Source of the DNA: an uncultured Actinomycetes bacterium
Lineage (GTDB): Bacteria > Actinomycetota > Thermoleophilia > UBA2241
Length of the DNA: 64,000 bases
Assembly: GCA_963709345.1 (NCBI GenBank)
Contig: CAVPVX010000010.1
Span: 128,001 to 192,000, forward strand
Reading direction: 5' to 3'
Below are positions 26,342 to 36,907 of this stretch, in pieces; position 1 is the first letter of the stretch; each line of letters starts with the position of its first letter. The notes beneath the pieces were generated by a model that saw nothing but the letters and a program-made list of their open reading frames with translations, was not told the origin of the DNA and searched no databases. The position numbers and the translations under genes are program-made.

Positions 26342-27645
26342 CGCACCGATCGCGAGAGGTCGCCGACGGCGGTGACCAGCCGCTCGAGCTCACCTTCCGT
26401 CGTGTACGGGGCGAGACCGACGCGCACGAGACCGCCGCTCTCGAGCAGTCCGAGCAGTTCCACGAGGCGGTGTGCGTAGAAGTCGCCGTCCCAGGCGAAG
26501 AGGCCGCGGGCGCCCAGCGCTCGGCACACCTCGGCGGGCCGGTAGCCGGCGAGTGTGAAGGCCACGGTGGACGTGCGCGGGCTGCCTTCGGGCGGTCCGC
26601 ACAGCCTGACGCCCGGGGTGTCGGCGAGCTGTTCGCGCAGCCGCCTCGCGAGCGGCTGCTCGTAAGCCTCGCCGGCCAGTATGCCGGCGACGATCGCCTT
26701 GCGCCTGCCGTGCAGCGCCGGGCTGGAGGAGCCGGTCGCGGCGCAGCCGAGACCGCCGGGGAGCCGGTCCCCGACCATGCCGAGGTGCCGCTCGCCGAGG
26801 TCGGCGATGAAGTCGATCGCCGCGGTCGTGCCGGCCATGCCCTCGTGATTGAGCGTCCCCGTCTCCCACACGCACGGTGGTTCGTCCTCCTGCGTGCTCA
26901 AGCGTATCGGGTCCAGCATCCGCGTCGTCTCCCGGCGCGCGTACATGAGACCGATGTGCGGGCCGAAGAACTTGTAGGCCGAGCAGAGCAGGAAGTCGCA
27001 GCCGATCGCGCTGACGTCGATCGGCCCGTGCGGTGCGTAGTGGACGGCGTCGACGATGCTGAAGGCGCCGGCGTCGCGCGCCAGCGCTGCGGCGCGCGCT
27101 ACGTCGTTGACGGTGCCGACCGCGTTCGAGGCGTAGCCCAGCGCGATGACCTTGGTCCTGCCGGGCTCCACCAGCTTCTCGAAGGCGTCCCAGTCGAGGG
27201 TGCAGCTCTCGAGGTCGACGGGCACCTCGCGAACGACTGCGCCGCGTTCGGCCAGACGCAACCAGGGTCCGCGGTTCGCCTCGTGGTCGAGTTGCGTGAC
27301 GAGCACCTCGTCGCCCGGCCCTATGTCGCGGGCGATCGCGTCGCTCAGCAAGAATGCGAGCGTGGTCATGTTGGCGCCGTAGCTGACCTCGTCCCAGTCG
27401 CAGCCCATGAGGTCGGCGCCGGCCTCGTGCGCCGCCTGGACGACCGCATCGGTCTCTTCGCTCGTCGCGAAGAAGCCGTGGATGTTGGCGTTGTGGTTGA
27501 TGAGGTAGTCCTGGACGGCGTCCAGGACCCGCTGCGGCGTCTGCGTGCCGCCGGGGCCATCCAAGTAGGCAACGGGGTGGCCGTCGATGACTCTCTTGAG
27601 TGCGGGGAACTGGCTGCGCACGTAGGCGATATCGAATGCAGGCAT
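26338..27645 (-). CDS. Cysteine desulfurase-like class-V PLP protein
   Basis: VRSQFPAL, YLDGPGGTQ, LDHEAN..PW, ASNAVGT, DAVHYAPH, CSAYKFFGPH, ETGT, RVGLAPY. ATG 27645 after GAGGTG. Confidence 0.9.
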   Translation of the reverse strand: MPAFDIAYVRSQFPALKRVIDGHPVAYLDGPGGTQTPQRVLDAVQDYLINHNANIHGFFATSEETDAVVQAAHEAGADLMGCDWDEVSYGANMTTLAFLLSDAIARDIGPGDEVLVTQLDHEANRGPWLRLAERGAVVREVPVDLESCTLDWDAFEKLVEPGRTKVIALGYASNAVGTVNDVARAAALARDAGAFSIVDAVHYAPHGPIDVSAIGCDFLLCSAYKFFGPHIGLMYARRETTRMLDPIRLSTQEDEPPCVWETGTLNHEGMAGTTAAIDFIADLGERHLGMVGDRLPGGLGCAATGSSSPALHGRRKAIVAGILAGEAYEQPLARRLREQLADTPGVRLCGPPEGSPRTSTVAFTLAGYRPAEVCRALGARGLFAWDGDFYAHRLVELLGLLESGGLVRVGLAPYTTEGELERLVTAVGDLSRSVR

Positions 27646-27740
27646 CGGCTCACCTCGGGTCGGCGGGTCGGCGGGTCGTCGGGAGACCAGTGTATCGCCG
27701 TCGTGCATGAAGCGCGCACATGGGGGAGGATGTGAGCACG

Positions 27741-30700
27741 ATGCCGAAGAGCGACGACAAGACGACGGCGGCTGAGGTCGCGCGGGCGGTGACCGCTGAG
27801 GGTCTGCCCGCGTCCGCCGGGCGGGACGGACCCGGAGACGAGGCCGCCGGTCGTGCTCTCGCGCGTGCTCTCGATCACGAGTTCGATCTGATCTGCTTCG
27901 ACTGGGAAGGGACGGCCGTTGCCGACCTTCGGGCGGACGCCGCGGCCGTCCGCGGCCGCGTCGAACGCCTCACGGCGCTCGGCGTCGACATCGCCGTGGT
28001 GAGCGGTGGAGGCGCCGCCGCCGTCGACGGTCAGCTTCTCGCCCGGCCCGGCGTCGAGGGTCGGCTGTTCCTCTATCTCTCGGGCGGCTCCGAAGTCTAC
28101 GTCGTGGGCCCGAGCGGCCCACGGCTGCTCGAGCGCCGGCAGGCGACACCGGAGGAGAACGCGCAGCTCACGGGCGCCGCCGAGGCGTTGCGCGACCGGC
28201 TGGTCGCGGATGGCCTCCGCGTCGAGGTCGCCTACGACCGGCTGAACCGGTGTCGTGTCGACCTCGCTCCGGACTGGCCCGACCCGCCGCAGGGCGGGCT
28301 CGGCGAGCTGCGGCGCCAGGTGAACGAGCGTCTGCGGAAGGCCGGCATCGCCGGCGTCGACGGGTGCGTCGATCTGGCGCGCGAGCTGAGCCACGAGGCC
28401 GGCCTCGCGCACCTGCGCATCGCCGGTCACGGCAAGCGCATCGAGATCGGGTTGACGGACACCGGCGATTCGATGCGCTCCGTGCTGCGTTCGCTCGTCG
28501 TCGGCCGTGGGCGCCGGCCGCAGGATGTGCTCGTGCTCGGCTCCCGGTTCGGCTCTGTCGACGGCGAATCGCCGCTGCTCATCCCCGAGCTGCGCCGGGC
28601 GGTGTTCGTCGGCGTCGGCACGGAGCCCGGCGACGCACCCGCGAGGGTGCTGAAGGGCGGCGGCGGCCCCGGGCGCTTCCTCGAGATCCTGCACGACCAG
28701 CTGGCGACGCGCGAGATCGTCGCGCAGCGCGGCTTTCCCGAGCCGATCGCCGACCCGGCCTGGCGCTTCGAGGTCAAGGGCTTCGACCCGTTCCGCGAGC
28801 GCGAGGTCGAGACGTGGCTCACGGTCGCCAACGGCGAGACCGGTACGCGCGGCGCCGTCGAGGAGGGCTCGGCCGTCAGCACGCCGGCCACCTTCGTCGC
28901 CGGCGTCTTCGGAGACGGCACCGGCGACCCGGCCTTTCGCCAGCCGGTGCCGGCGCCCGACTGGACCGGGCTGCGTCTCATGGTCGGCGGGAGCATCCTC
29001 ACGCTGGCCAACGGCGAGATCCTCGAGCACGAGCGCGTGCTCGATCTCAAGCACGGGGTCGTGTACCGGTACTGGCGCCAGCGCCTGCGCACGGGGCGCA
29101 CCGTGCGCGTGCGTACGGCGCGCTTCGCGTCGCTCGCCGACCGGCAGCTCATGGCTGTGCGCGCCGAGGCGACGCCGGAGGACTTCGCCGGCACGCTCGT
29201 TTGGCAGGGCGCCGTGGGCGTGACGTACGCGGGCGGGGCGACCAAGGAGACCGTGTTCGAGCATCTCGAAGACCCGCCCGGGTTTCTTGCCCGCACGCGC
29301 GGCCGCAACGGCGGCGGGCACGCGCTCGCGGTGACAACGAGCCCGGCGCCCGGCTCGCCGGTCGCGCGCACGGTGCAGCAGGCGCGCGACGTCATCGGCG
29401 GCCGCCTCGAGCCCGGGGACCCCGCAACGGTCGACCGTCTGGCCGCCGTCGTCTCGGCCCGCACCAGGGCGCCGTCGGGCGACTCCGCCCGCCGCGCGCT
29501 CGTGCGCGCAGAGACGCTCGGCTTCGACGAGCTGCTTCGCCGCCACCGCGCGGCGTGGGACGAGGCCTGGGGGGCTGCCGACCTGCGCATCGACGGTGAC
29601 GCGTCCGACCAGCACGCCCTGCGTTTCGCCATCTACCACATGATCAGCACCGCGCACCCCACCAAGGACACCGTGTCGGTCGGCGCGCGCGGCCTCGGCG
29701 GCATGTCGTACTTCCTCCACGTTTTCTGGGACACGGAGATCTTCGTGCTGCCGTTCTTCATCTACACGCAGCCGGAGACGGCGCGGACGCTGCTCACCTA
29801 CCGCTTTCGCAATCTCCGAGGCGCGCGCGAGAAGGCGGCGAGCCTCGGGCACCACGGAGCCCTGTATCCTTGGGAGTCGGCGGACAAGGGTGTGGAGACG
29901 ACGCCGCCGTACGCGTATCTGCCCAGCGGCGAGATGGTCCCGATCCTCTCGGGGCTGATGGAGCATCACATCTCGGCCGACGTGGCCTGGGGTACGTGGG
30001 AGTACTGGAAGGCGACCGGCGACGACGCCTTCATGGCGAGCATGGGCGTCGAGATGATGCTCGAGACGGCGCGCTTCTGGGTCTCGCGCGCCGTGCTCGG
30101 CGACGACGGGCGGCATCACGTCGAGGTGGTCGTGGGCCCCGACGAGTACCACGAGGGCGTCGACGACAACGCCTACACCAACGTACTGGCGCGCTGGAAC
30201 ATCCGGCACGCGCTCGAGGCCGTGGCCTGGCTCGAGAAGGTCGACTCCGGGTACGCGGAAGAGCTCAAGGAGCGTCTCGGGCTGACCGTCACGGAGCTGT
30301 TCGGATGGCGCCGAGTGATAGACGGTCTGGCGGACGGGTACGACCCGGAGACGCTGCTCTACGAGCAGTTCGCCGGCTTCTACGACATGGCCGACGTGCC
30401 GCTCGAGAAGCTCCGCCCGCGGCCGATGGCCGCCGACCTGCTGCTCGGCCGCGACGTCACGCTGGTGAGCAAGGTCGTCAAGCAGGCTGACGTCGTCATG
30501 CTCTGCCACGTGCTCGCCGACGAGATCGACGACCCCACGACTCGCGCCAACTACGACTACTACGAGCCGATCACCTGTCACGGCAGCTCGCTGAGCCCAG
30601 GCATCCACGCCGCCGTTGCCGCGCGGCTCGGTCATGTGCCCGAGGCGACCGAGTACTTCAAGATGGCTGCGGCCATCGACCTCGCCGACAACATGGGCAA

Positions 30701-31028
30701 CGCCGCTGCCGGGCTGCACATGGCCACGATGGGCGGTCTGTGGCAGGCGGCTGTGATGGGCTTCTGCGGCCTCATGCGCCGTGGGGAGGCCCTGCAGCTC
30801 GACCCGCACCTACCGAAGGCGTGGAAGCGCGTGCGGCTCCCGCTGCGCTTCCGCGGCTCGCGCGTGCGCTTCGATCTGCGACGCCGCAGGGGTGGTGACG
30901 AGGTGGGTATACACATCGAGAAGGCGCCGCTCACGCTGTTGCTCGACGGCGAGGAACGGGAGTTCCGGCCCGGCGAGCATCGCCTGAGTCGCCTGGACGG
31001 ACAGGCTTGGCGAGAGGTCGTGGAATGA
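27741..31028 (+). CDS. Glycoside hydrolase family 65 phosphorylase (kojibiose / trehalose / maltose type) with an N-terminal HAD-like domain
   Basis: TVANG..G.RG..EE, FWDTEIF, GALYPWES, EHHISAD, GPDEYHE, KQADV, HGSSLS. N-terminal FDWEGT. Start may be 27720, 27732 or 27741. Confidence 0.9.
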   Translation: MPKSDDKTTAAEVARAVTAEGLPASAGRDGPGDEAAGRALARALDHEFDLICFDWEGTAVADLRADAAAVRGRVERLTALGVDIAVVSGGGAAAVDGQLLARPGVEGRLFLYLSGGSEVYVVGPSGPRLLERRQATPEENAQLTGAAEALRDRLVADGLRVEVAYDRLNRCRVDLAPDWPDPPQGGLGELRRQVNERLRKAGIAGVDGCVDLARELSHEAGLAHLRIAGHGKRIEIGLTDTGDSMRSVLRSLVVGRGRRPQDVLVLGSRFGSVDGESPLLIPELRRAVFVGVGTEPGDAPARVLKGGGGPGRFLEILHDQLATREIVAQRGFPEPIADPAWRFEVKGFDPFREREVETWLTVANGETGTRGAVEEGSAVSTPATFVAGVFGDGTGDPAFRQPVPAPDWTGLRLMVGGSILTLANGEILEHERVLDLKHGVVYRYWRQRLRTGRTVRVRTARFASLADRQLMAVRAEATPEDFAGTLVWQGAVGVTYAGGATKETVFEHLEDPPGFLARTRGRNGGGHALAVTTSPAPGSPVARTVQQARDVIGGRLEPGDPATVDRLAAVVSARTRAPSGDSARRALVRAETLGFDELLRRHRAAWDEAWGAADLRIDGDASDQHALRFAIYHMISTAHPTKDTVSVGARGLGGMSYFLHVFWDTEIFVLPFFIYTQPETARTLLTYRFRNLRGAREKAASLGHHGALYPWESADKGVETTPPYAYLPSGEMVPILSGLMEHHISADVAWGTWEYWKATGDDAFMASMGVEMMLETARFWVSRAVLGDDGRHHVEVVVGPDEYHEGVDDNAYTNVLARWNIRHALEAVAWLEKVDSGYAEELKERLGLTVTELFGWRRVIDGLADGYDPETLLYEQFAGFYDMADVPLEKLRPRPMAADLLLGRDVTLVSKVVKQADVVMLCHVLADEIDDPTTRANYDYYEPITCHGSSLSPGIHAAVAARLGHVPEATEYFKMAAAIDLADNMGNAAAGLHMATMGGLWQAAVMGFCGLMRRGEALQLDPHLPKAWKRVRLPLRFRGSRVRFDLRRRRGGDEVGIHIEKAPLTLLLDGEEREFRPGEHRLSRLDGQAWREVVE

Positions 31029-31068
31029 GTTCGTCGAGTAGGGCAGGGACACGTCAGGAGGCGTCGTC

Positions 31069-31863
31069 GTGACGCTCCTCATCGCCGTCGCCGACGCCGG
31101 CGCGGACGCCGATCTCGTCGTCGCGGCGCGTGCGCTCGCCGCAGCCGCCGGCTGGGATGTGCGCGCCGTGCACATCCACGAGGCCGGCGCCGCCCCGGTC
31201 GGCGACCCCGGGCTCGACGAGATCGAGCTCACCGAGCTCGAGGGCGATCCGGTCGCCGCGCTGTGCTCCCTGGCCGGCCGAGGCGGTATCGACGCCTTCG
31301 CCATTGGCCTGCGGTCGTCGGCCGGCGCAGCGCCGGAGCCCGGCCTGGGTCACGTCGCGGAAGCGATTCTCGCGGCTGCTGTGGCGCCGCTTCTGCTGGT
31401 ACGGCCCGGCATGCGCCCCCTCGGTGGCCTGAGGCGCATCCTCGTTCCGCTCGAAGGCAGCCCGTCCGCGTCCGCCTCGATGAAGGTCGCCGACGACGCC
31501 TTCTGCAGGCGCGGCCGCGAGATCGTGATGCTGCATGTGGTGACCAGCGAGACGCCAAGTGAGCGAGGGAGCCTGCCGGCGCCGCGCATGATGGACCAGG
31601 AGCACTACGAGTGGGCCGCCTGGCAGGACGAGTTCACGATGCGGTTCTCCGCCTGCCCCGAGGGCGGCCGGCACCGCGTGGCCGTGCGCGTCGGCGACCC
31701 TGCAGACACCATCGCCGAGGAGGCGGCTGGTCTGAACGCCGAGCTCATCGTCCTCTCGTGGAACGGCTCGTTCGCAGCCGGTCACGGCGCCGTAGTGGGA
31801 GAATTGCTCGACACGGCGCCGTGCCCCGTGCTGCTCGTTCCCTGCGGGGTCTGCGCCGTCTGA
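31069..31863 (+). CDS. Tandem universal stress protein
   Basis: LGHVAEAIL...PLLLV, RRILVPLEGS..A, GDPADTI....A.LIV, LL..APCPVLLV. Confidence 0.85.
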   Translation: MTLLIAVADAGADADLVVAARALAAAAGWDVRAVHIHEAGAAPVGDPGLDEIELTELEGDPVAALCSLAGRGGIDAFAIGLRSSAGAAPEPGLGHVAEAILAAAVAPLLLVRPGMRPLGGLRRILVPLEGSPSASASMKVADDAFCRRGREIVMLHVVTSETPSERGSLPAPRMMDQEHYEWAAWQDEFTMRFSACPEGGRHRVAVRVGDPADTIAEEAAGLNAELIVLSWNGSFAAGHGAVVGELLDTAPCPVLLVPCGVCAV

Positions 31864-31948
31864 GCCCGCGGCCTCCCGCACCCGTGCTTGACCCGCTCCG
31901 TCGCCGGCTGACACACTGCAGGGACGACGCATGCGAGCAACGGGGGGC

Positions 31949-33439
31949 ATGAGACGTACCACCACCATCCGCGGGCTCGTGGCCGCCGCCGCCCTTGCGG
32001 CGCTTGCGGCGGCCTGGACGCCCGCACCGGCCGGGGCTCTCGAGCTGCCACTCCGTCTCGATACGCAGGGGACTCTGCTCGAGCAGTTCGGCTACTCACC
32101 CGGGTATCCGCTCAACATCCCGTCGTTCAACGTCGCCAATCGCCCCTTCATCCGCAGCCGGACCTCCTCGCAGCACTTCACGCAGTCGGCGATCAGGCTT
32201 GGAGACGACGGTGGGTGGATCACCGCCTCCATCCTGAAGGCGGTGCGCCGCGCGTTCCCCACGTTCGCCGATACGGTGAACGCCGGCGGGTACGTGAGCG
32301 AGCGCATCGAGTTCGACACTCGCGGCCGCGCGTACACACTGCTGGAGATCCGGCTGCGCGGCGGCTGGTACCACAACGCGCTGCTCTATTCGCTCGACGG
32401 TTGCCGCACCTGGCGCGTCGTCAAGCTGCCGTTCGGCGGCCGGCGGCCGCTCTTCGACGGGCGCGACGGCGGCACCGCGGCGCTGGAGCAGTACGCGGGC
32501 CACAACGTGACGTCCAGACCCCCGCTGGTGGCCGTCTGGCGACCGATGGCCGACTGGCCGGGCGACTACTGCTCCCGGAACTGGCTCTACGTCACCAAGC
32601 CGCGCTTCCGCAACGGTCGGCTCGTCTTGCCGGCTCCGACGCTGGTCAGCAAGCGGTACATCGGTCAGACGTACGGAGCGGGGGGAGCCTCGTTCGCCGT
32701 CTCCACTTCGTCCACCTCGTACCTCGTCTGGCCGGAGCGGGCGCGCATTGGCCAAGCCGGAACTCCGACGTACGTAGCCGCCTTCGATCATGCCTCCGGG
32801 AGGATCGTCGAGCGCCAGCTGTTGGCCTTCGCGCAACGCCGTAACGACAATCACGACGCCCCCGGGATCGCTCGCGACGGCAAGGGCCATCTCCACGTTC
32901 TGACCGGGGCCCACAACGCCGCGCTCCTGTACTCGCGTAGCGTGGCGCCGCTCCACGCGGGTATTTGGACGCCACCCGAACAGGTGCTTGCGGGGGGCTA
33001 CGTGGCCGACGGCGCGGAGCCGCCCGGCGCGGCGCGCCAGACGTATCTCTCACTGGCCTGCCTCCCCGACGACAGCCTGGTGATCGTGTTTCGCCAGGGG
33101 CGGCGCGGGGTGGACCCCGATCACGACGGCGCAGCCTACGACGCGTTGAGCGTCCAACGCCGCTCTCCCGAGGGGGTGTGGAGCGACGCCGAGCGCCTCG
33201 TCTGCTGCGGCGACCGCGCCGGCTACGCGAACTACCATCAGAAGCTCACGGTCGACCGTCTCGGCCGGCTGTACCTCTCGCTCAGCTACTTCAGCCCGCT
33301 CGACTACCCGCCGCATCAGCGTGCGGACAACCGGTACCGTCATCGGATGGTGCTGATCTCCAAAGACGGAGGCGTGGGCTGGGACTTCGCCGCCGCCGCC
33401 GATTTCATCGAGGGTGTCTCGCTGGCGGCTGCCGACTAG
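31949..33439 (+). CDS. Secreted BNR-repeat / beta-propeller protein (BNR_4-like)
   Basis: Signal peptide ending APAGA, YSLDGCRTW and ISKDGGVGW Asp-boxes, DNHDAPGI.RD.KGHLHV..GAH. Confidence 0.7.
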   Translation: MRRTTTIRGLVAAAALAALAAAWTPAPAGALELPLRLDTQGTLLEQFGYSPGYPLNIPSFNVANRPFIRSRTSSQHFTQSAIRLGDDGGWITASILKAVRRAFPTFADTVNAGGYVSERIEFDTRGRAYTLLEIRLRGGWYHNALLYSLDGCRTWRVVKLPFGGRRPLFDGRDGGTAALEQYAGHNVTSRPPLVAVWRPMADWPGDYCSRNWLYVTKPRFRNGRLVLPAPTLVSKRYIGQTYGAGGASFAVSTSSTSYLVWPERARIGQAGTPTYVAAFDHASGRIVERQLLAFAQRRNDNHDAPGIARDGKGHLHVLTGAHNAALLYSRSVAPLHAGIWTPPEQVLAGGYVADGAEPPGAARQTYLSLACLPDDSLVIVFRQGRRGVDPDHDGAAYDALSVQRRSPEGVWSDAERLVCCGDRAGYANYHQKLTVDRLGRLYLSLSYFSPLDYPPHQRADNRYRHRMVLISKDGGVGWDFAAAADFIEGVSLAAAD

Positions 33440-34206
33440 CTCAGCCGCACCGCCGGCTTCTTTGCGAACAGCAGCACCAGCACGAAGCCGATCGCCACGC
33501 TGGCGATGCTCACCCACTGCGGTTGCGTGAGACCCGCCAGCCACTCCGGGTTACGACGCACGAATTCCACGAGAAAGCGCTCGAAGCCGGAGAGGACCAG
33601 GAACCAGCCGAAGGTCCACCAGCCGGATTTGTCGTAGCGCGTGGCTAGTCGCCAGAGGATCCAGACCACGAAGGCCATCGCGATGATCTCGTAGATCGGT
33701 GTCGGGTGCACGGTCACGCCGGGCGGGGTCGGGACCGTGCCTTGCGGGTAGCCCATCGCCCACGGCAGGTCGCTGGGCCGGCCGTAGTCGCCGTCGCCGG
33801 CCAGCTGGCAACCGACGCGACCGATGGCGTAGCCCATCGCGACCGCGGGCGCCATCGCGTTGGCGACGATGTCGAGCGGGAGTCGTCGGATCAGCGACCA
33901 GATCACGACGGCTACGAAGCCGCCGATGAGGCCGCCGTACCAGGTGAAGCCGATGCCGCCGAAAGCCACGCCCCAGAGGTCCGCCTTGGTGACCGCCCAG
34001 TTCTCGGCCATGAAGTAGAGCCGGGCGCCGATGAAGCCGCCGAGGGCGGCGGCGACGATCAGTTCATAGGCGAACTCCGCCGGGGCGCCGCGACGACGTA
34101 CCAAGGGCCTCACGAGGGTGAGCCCTGGAACGATGAGCGCCAGCGCGGCCATGAGGCCGAAGCTGTAGAAGGTGAAGTCGCCGATCTGGAAGAGGACGGG
34201 CCGCAT
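33436..34206 (-). CDS. lgt: Prolipoprotein diacylglyceryl transferase
   Basis: IGARLY, WYGGLIG, AIGRVGC, YG.PS.LPW, HPTPIYE, RFLVEFVR. Confidence 0.9.
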   Translation of the reverse strand: MRPVLFQIGDFTFYSFGLMAALALIVPGLTLVRPLVRRRGAPAEFAYELIVAAALGGFIGARLYFMAENWAVTKADLWGVAFGGIGFTWYGGLIGGFVAVVIWSLIRRLPLDIVANAMAPAVAMGYAIGRVGCQLAGDGDYGRPSDLPWAMGYPQGTVPTPPGVTVHPTPIYEIIAMAFVVWILWRLATRYDKSGWWTFGWFLVLSGFERFLVEFVRRNPEWLAGLTQPQWVSIASVAIGFVLVLLFAKKPAVRLS

Positions 34207-34325
34207 CGCCTTCCAGTCTAGGTCTTCCGCGCGGCGGCGGCCAGCGGGGGGTCGCGCAAGCGGCCGACTCCAGCCGTCGGCCAGCCGGCGTCGGACCTCG
34301 GCCAGCCGGCTTCAGACACCCGTAG

Positions 34326-35297
34326 TCAGGCGCCTGGTGAGCCCACGAAGGCGCCGCCTGCCAGCTCGCGCGCCAGGTCCGGGTCGACGTGACCGTTGTA
34401 CGGGGACGTTGCGTTGGCGGCGGCGGCGCCGGCCGCAATGCGGAGCGCGACGTCGGGCTCGTCGCCGCGCCCGAGCGACAGCGCCAGACCGGCGGCGAAG
34501 CAGTCGCCCGAGCCGACGGGGCTCACCGTCCGGACGGGCGCGGTGCGCACGTGCCACTCGCGGCTGCCGAGAACGGCTGCGGCTCCGGCGGCGCCGAGCG
34601 TGACGACGGCTTGGCTGGGGCCGCTCGCGACGAGTCGCCGGGCTAACTCGAGGCCTTCGGCGACCAGCTTTGCCTCCGGCGCGTGCTTCTCATCCTCACA
34701 GTGCGCCACGGGCAGGCCGACTGCCGAGCAGGCCTCGGCCAGATTGACCTTGACCAGGTCCGGCCGCTCGGCGAGGGCTCCGGTCAGCTGCTCGTCCGCC
34801 GCGTCGACCAGCGATCGGAAGCCGGCTTTGCGCACCGCGCGGACGAGGTCGGCGTAGAAGCCCGGCGAGACGCCGGGTGGCGCCGCCCCCGTGATGACGG
34901 CCCAGTCGCCGGGGGTAGGGATCTGCGCCCCGACGAGGTCGACCAGCGCGCGCTCTTCGTCCGGGCCCTGCTCCGGGCCGAACTCGTAGAGGCGCGTGAC
35001 CGAACCGTCGTCCCCGAGGACAACGGTGGAGACGCGCGCCTCACCGCCCGTGACCACGACGTCGAACTCGAGCCCCTCATCGCGGGCGAGCTCCTCGATG
35101 ATGCGCCCGCCGCGGCCGGCGGCGAATCCGGCCAGCACAGCGGCCCCGCCCAGGGCCCGCAGGGCGCGCGCCACGTTACCGCCCTTGCCGCCGGCCTGCG
35201 TGCGCAGCGCCCGGCAGCGCGTCGTGCCGCCGGGCCGTAAGGTATCGGCGGCCAGCATGCGGTCGATGGCGAGGTTGGGGCAGACGACGAGGGTCAC
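34326..35297 (-). CDS. 1-phosphofructokinase-family (PfkB) sugar kinase
   Basis: PNLAIDR, AGGKGGNVAR, LVKVNLAE, VVTLGAAGA, SPVGSGDCFAAG. Confidence 0.9.
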   Translation of the reverse strand: MTLVVCPNLAIDRMLAADTLRPGGTTRCRALRTQAGGKGGNVARALRALGGAAVLAGFAAGRGGRIIEELARDEGLEFDVVVTGGEARVSTVVLGDDGSVTRLYEFGPEQGPDEERALVDLVGAQIPTPGDWAVITGAAPPGVSPGFYADLVRAVRKAGFRSLVDAADEQLTGALAERPDLVKVNLAEACSAVGLPVAHCEDEKHAPEAKLVAEGLELARRLVASGPSQAVVTLGAAGAAAVLGSREWHVRTAPVRTVSPVGSGDCFAAGLALSLGRGDEPDVALRIAAGAAAANATSPYNGHVDPDLARELAGGAFVGSPGA

Positions 35298-35614
35298 GGC
35301 CGTCCGTCGAGGGCGCGGCCGTCGCCGGGGCAGCGGCCGGCTGAGCCGCCGCCGCGGTCGTGCGGTCGTGGAGTTCTCGGCGCATCCCCTGTGCGATGCT
35401 CGGTGGAGGGCTTGTGGCGGTCGGATGGCATGCTCATCTGCCCACGATAGTACACAGGGGGCGACCGGGGGACCAGGCGGCGCGTTCGGTGTACGCGGCG
35501 CCGTCCCACGCGAAGCCGTTTCGCGTCGCCTTCCCGCAGCGCACGTGGCTCTTGAGGCCGACGCCGATCCTGGCGATAGGATGAAGGCAGGTCGTCATCA
35601 CGGATCGGGGTCAC

Positions 35615-36874
35615 GTGCACTCTCATCACCGACTCGCCGCCGTTGCGCTGTCCCTGGCGGCCACGCTTGCCGTGGCGGCGTCGCTGTGGCTGTTCATCGC
35701 AGGATGCGGGCTGGAGCAGGAATCCGGAGCGGACGACGAGCGGTCCACCCAGGCGCGGACGCTCGCGCTGGCCCGGGACGGATTCTCCCGTGCCGCGGAT
35801 GCGCTGCTCGCCGGCGATCAGGCCGGGTTCCGCGCCGCGCTGGCGGCGGGCGGCGCCGCCGCCGCATCCGCCGCTGTGCGCGAGAGCTTCGAGGATGTGT
35901 ACCGGGCGCTGGCGCCGCTGCCGTGGCGGAGCTTCTCGTTCGAGGTCACACCGCTCGACGCCGACTCGGGGTTGTATCGGGTCCGCGGCATCGGGCAGCT
36001 CGGCTCGGCCGGCCCTCCCGACCGTATCGCGGTCGTGCGCCACCTGGTCCTTCACACGTCCGCGGACGCGGTCACCCTGCGTTCCGACGAGACGCCCGCC
36101 GGCCTTCGCCGCCGGTATCTGATGGCGCTGCGCGACCCCGTCGTGCTGCAGCGCCCGGGCCTGCTCGTTCTCGGCGATCGCCGCGCCGGTGACCGCGTCG
36201 CGACCGTCGCCGCGGCGGCCACGAGGGCGCGGCCGCGGCTCGCAGTCGTGGGGGTGGGTGCCCGAGCGACCGTCGTGGTCACCGTCTTCGACTCCGCGGA
36301 GGACGCGCGCGACGCTCTCGGCATCGAGGCATCGAGCGCGCGCCTCGTCTTCTTCGCATATCCGGCGCTCCGAGTCGCCGGTGAGCCGTGGCGCGTCACG
36401 GACGTCGGCGTCATGGGGCCGTGGCTCCGTGACGCCGGTGATTCGCTGGAGGCCGTGCTGGCGCACGAGCTCGCGCACGCGTTCACCGTGGGCTGGTTCG
36501 CCGGCGCCGCTCACACGCCGGCGTTGCTGGTCGAGGGCATCGCCCAGACCGTGGAGGGTGCGGACCCGGTCTATCTGCGGGAGGAGGTCGCGAGCGGCAA
36601 TCAGCTGTGGCCGCTGCCCGAGTCGTTCGCCACCGAGGATCTGTGGGCCGGCAACGATGGCCGGGCGGTCGGACTCGGCTATGAGATCGGCGGCTCTCTG
36701 GTCGGCTACGTGCTCGAGCACTGGGGCGTGCGCCTGCTGCGGCCCTTCGTTCGGGCGGTGGCCGTGGCCGAGCCCACCGAGGCGGACCTGGACCGCGCCT
36801 TGCTGGAGACGCTCGGCGTGAGCTGGAGGCAGTTCTACGACGGCTGGCGCAGATGGGTGCTGACGGGCGCGTGA
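35615..36874 (+). CDS. Exported HExxH zinc-metallopeptidase-like protein (gluzincin type), paralog 1
   Basis: N-terminal hydrophobic segment ending IAGC, LAHELAHA, downstream LVEGIA. Confidence 0.72.
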   Translation: MHSHHRLAAVALSLAATLAVAASLWLFIAGCGLEQESGADDERSTQARTLALARDGFSRAADALLAGDQAGFRAALAAGGAAAASAAVRESFEDVYRALAPLPWRSFSFEVTPLDADSGLYRVRGIGQLGSAGPPDRIAVVRHLVLHTSADAVTLRSDETPAGLRRRYLMALRDPVVLQRPGLLVLGDRRAGDRVATVAAAATRARPRLAVVGVGARATVVVTVFDSAEDARDALGIEASSARLVFFAYPALRVAGEPWRVTDVGVMGPWLRDAGDSLEAVLAHELAHAFTVGWFAGAAHTPALLVEGIAQTVEGADPVYLREEVASGNQLWPLPESFATEDLWAGNDGRAVGLGYEIGGSLVGYVLEHWGVRLLRPFVRAVAVAEPTEADLDRALLETLGVSWRQFYDGWRRWVLTGA

Positions 36875-36907
36875 TGGCGCAGGGTCGAGGCCCCTGACGT
36901 CACCGGC

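Noticed and set aside
27366-30809. 1147-aa ORF on the minus strand
   Set aside because: Antisense shadow of the GH65 gene. It has no motifs, and long shadow ORFs are expected at this GC content.
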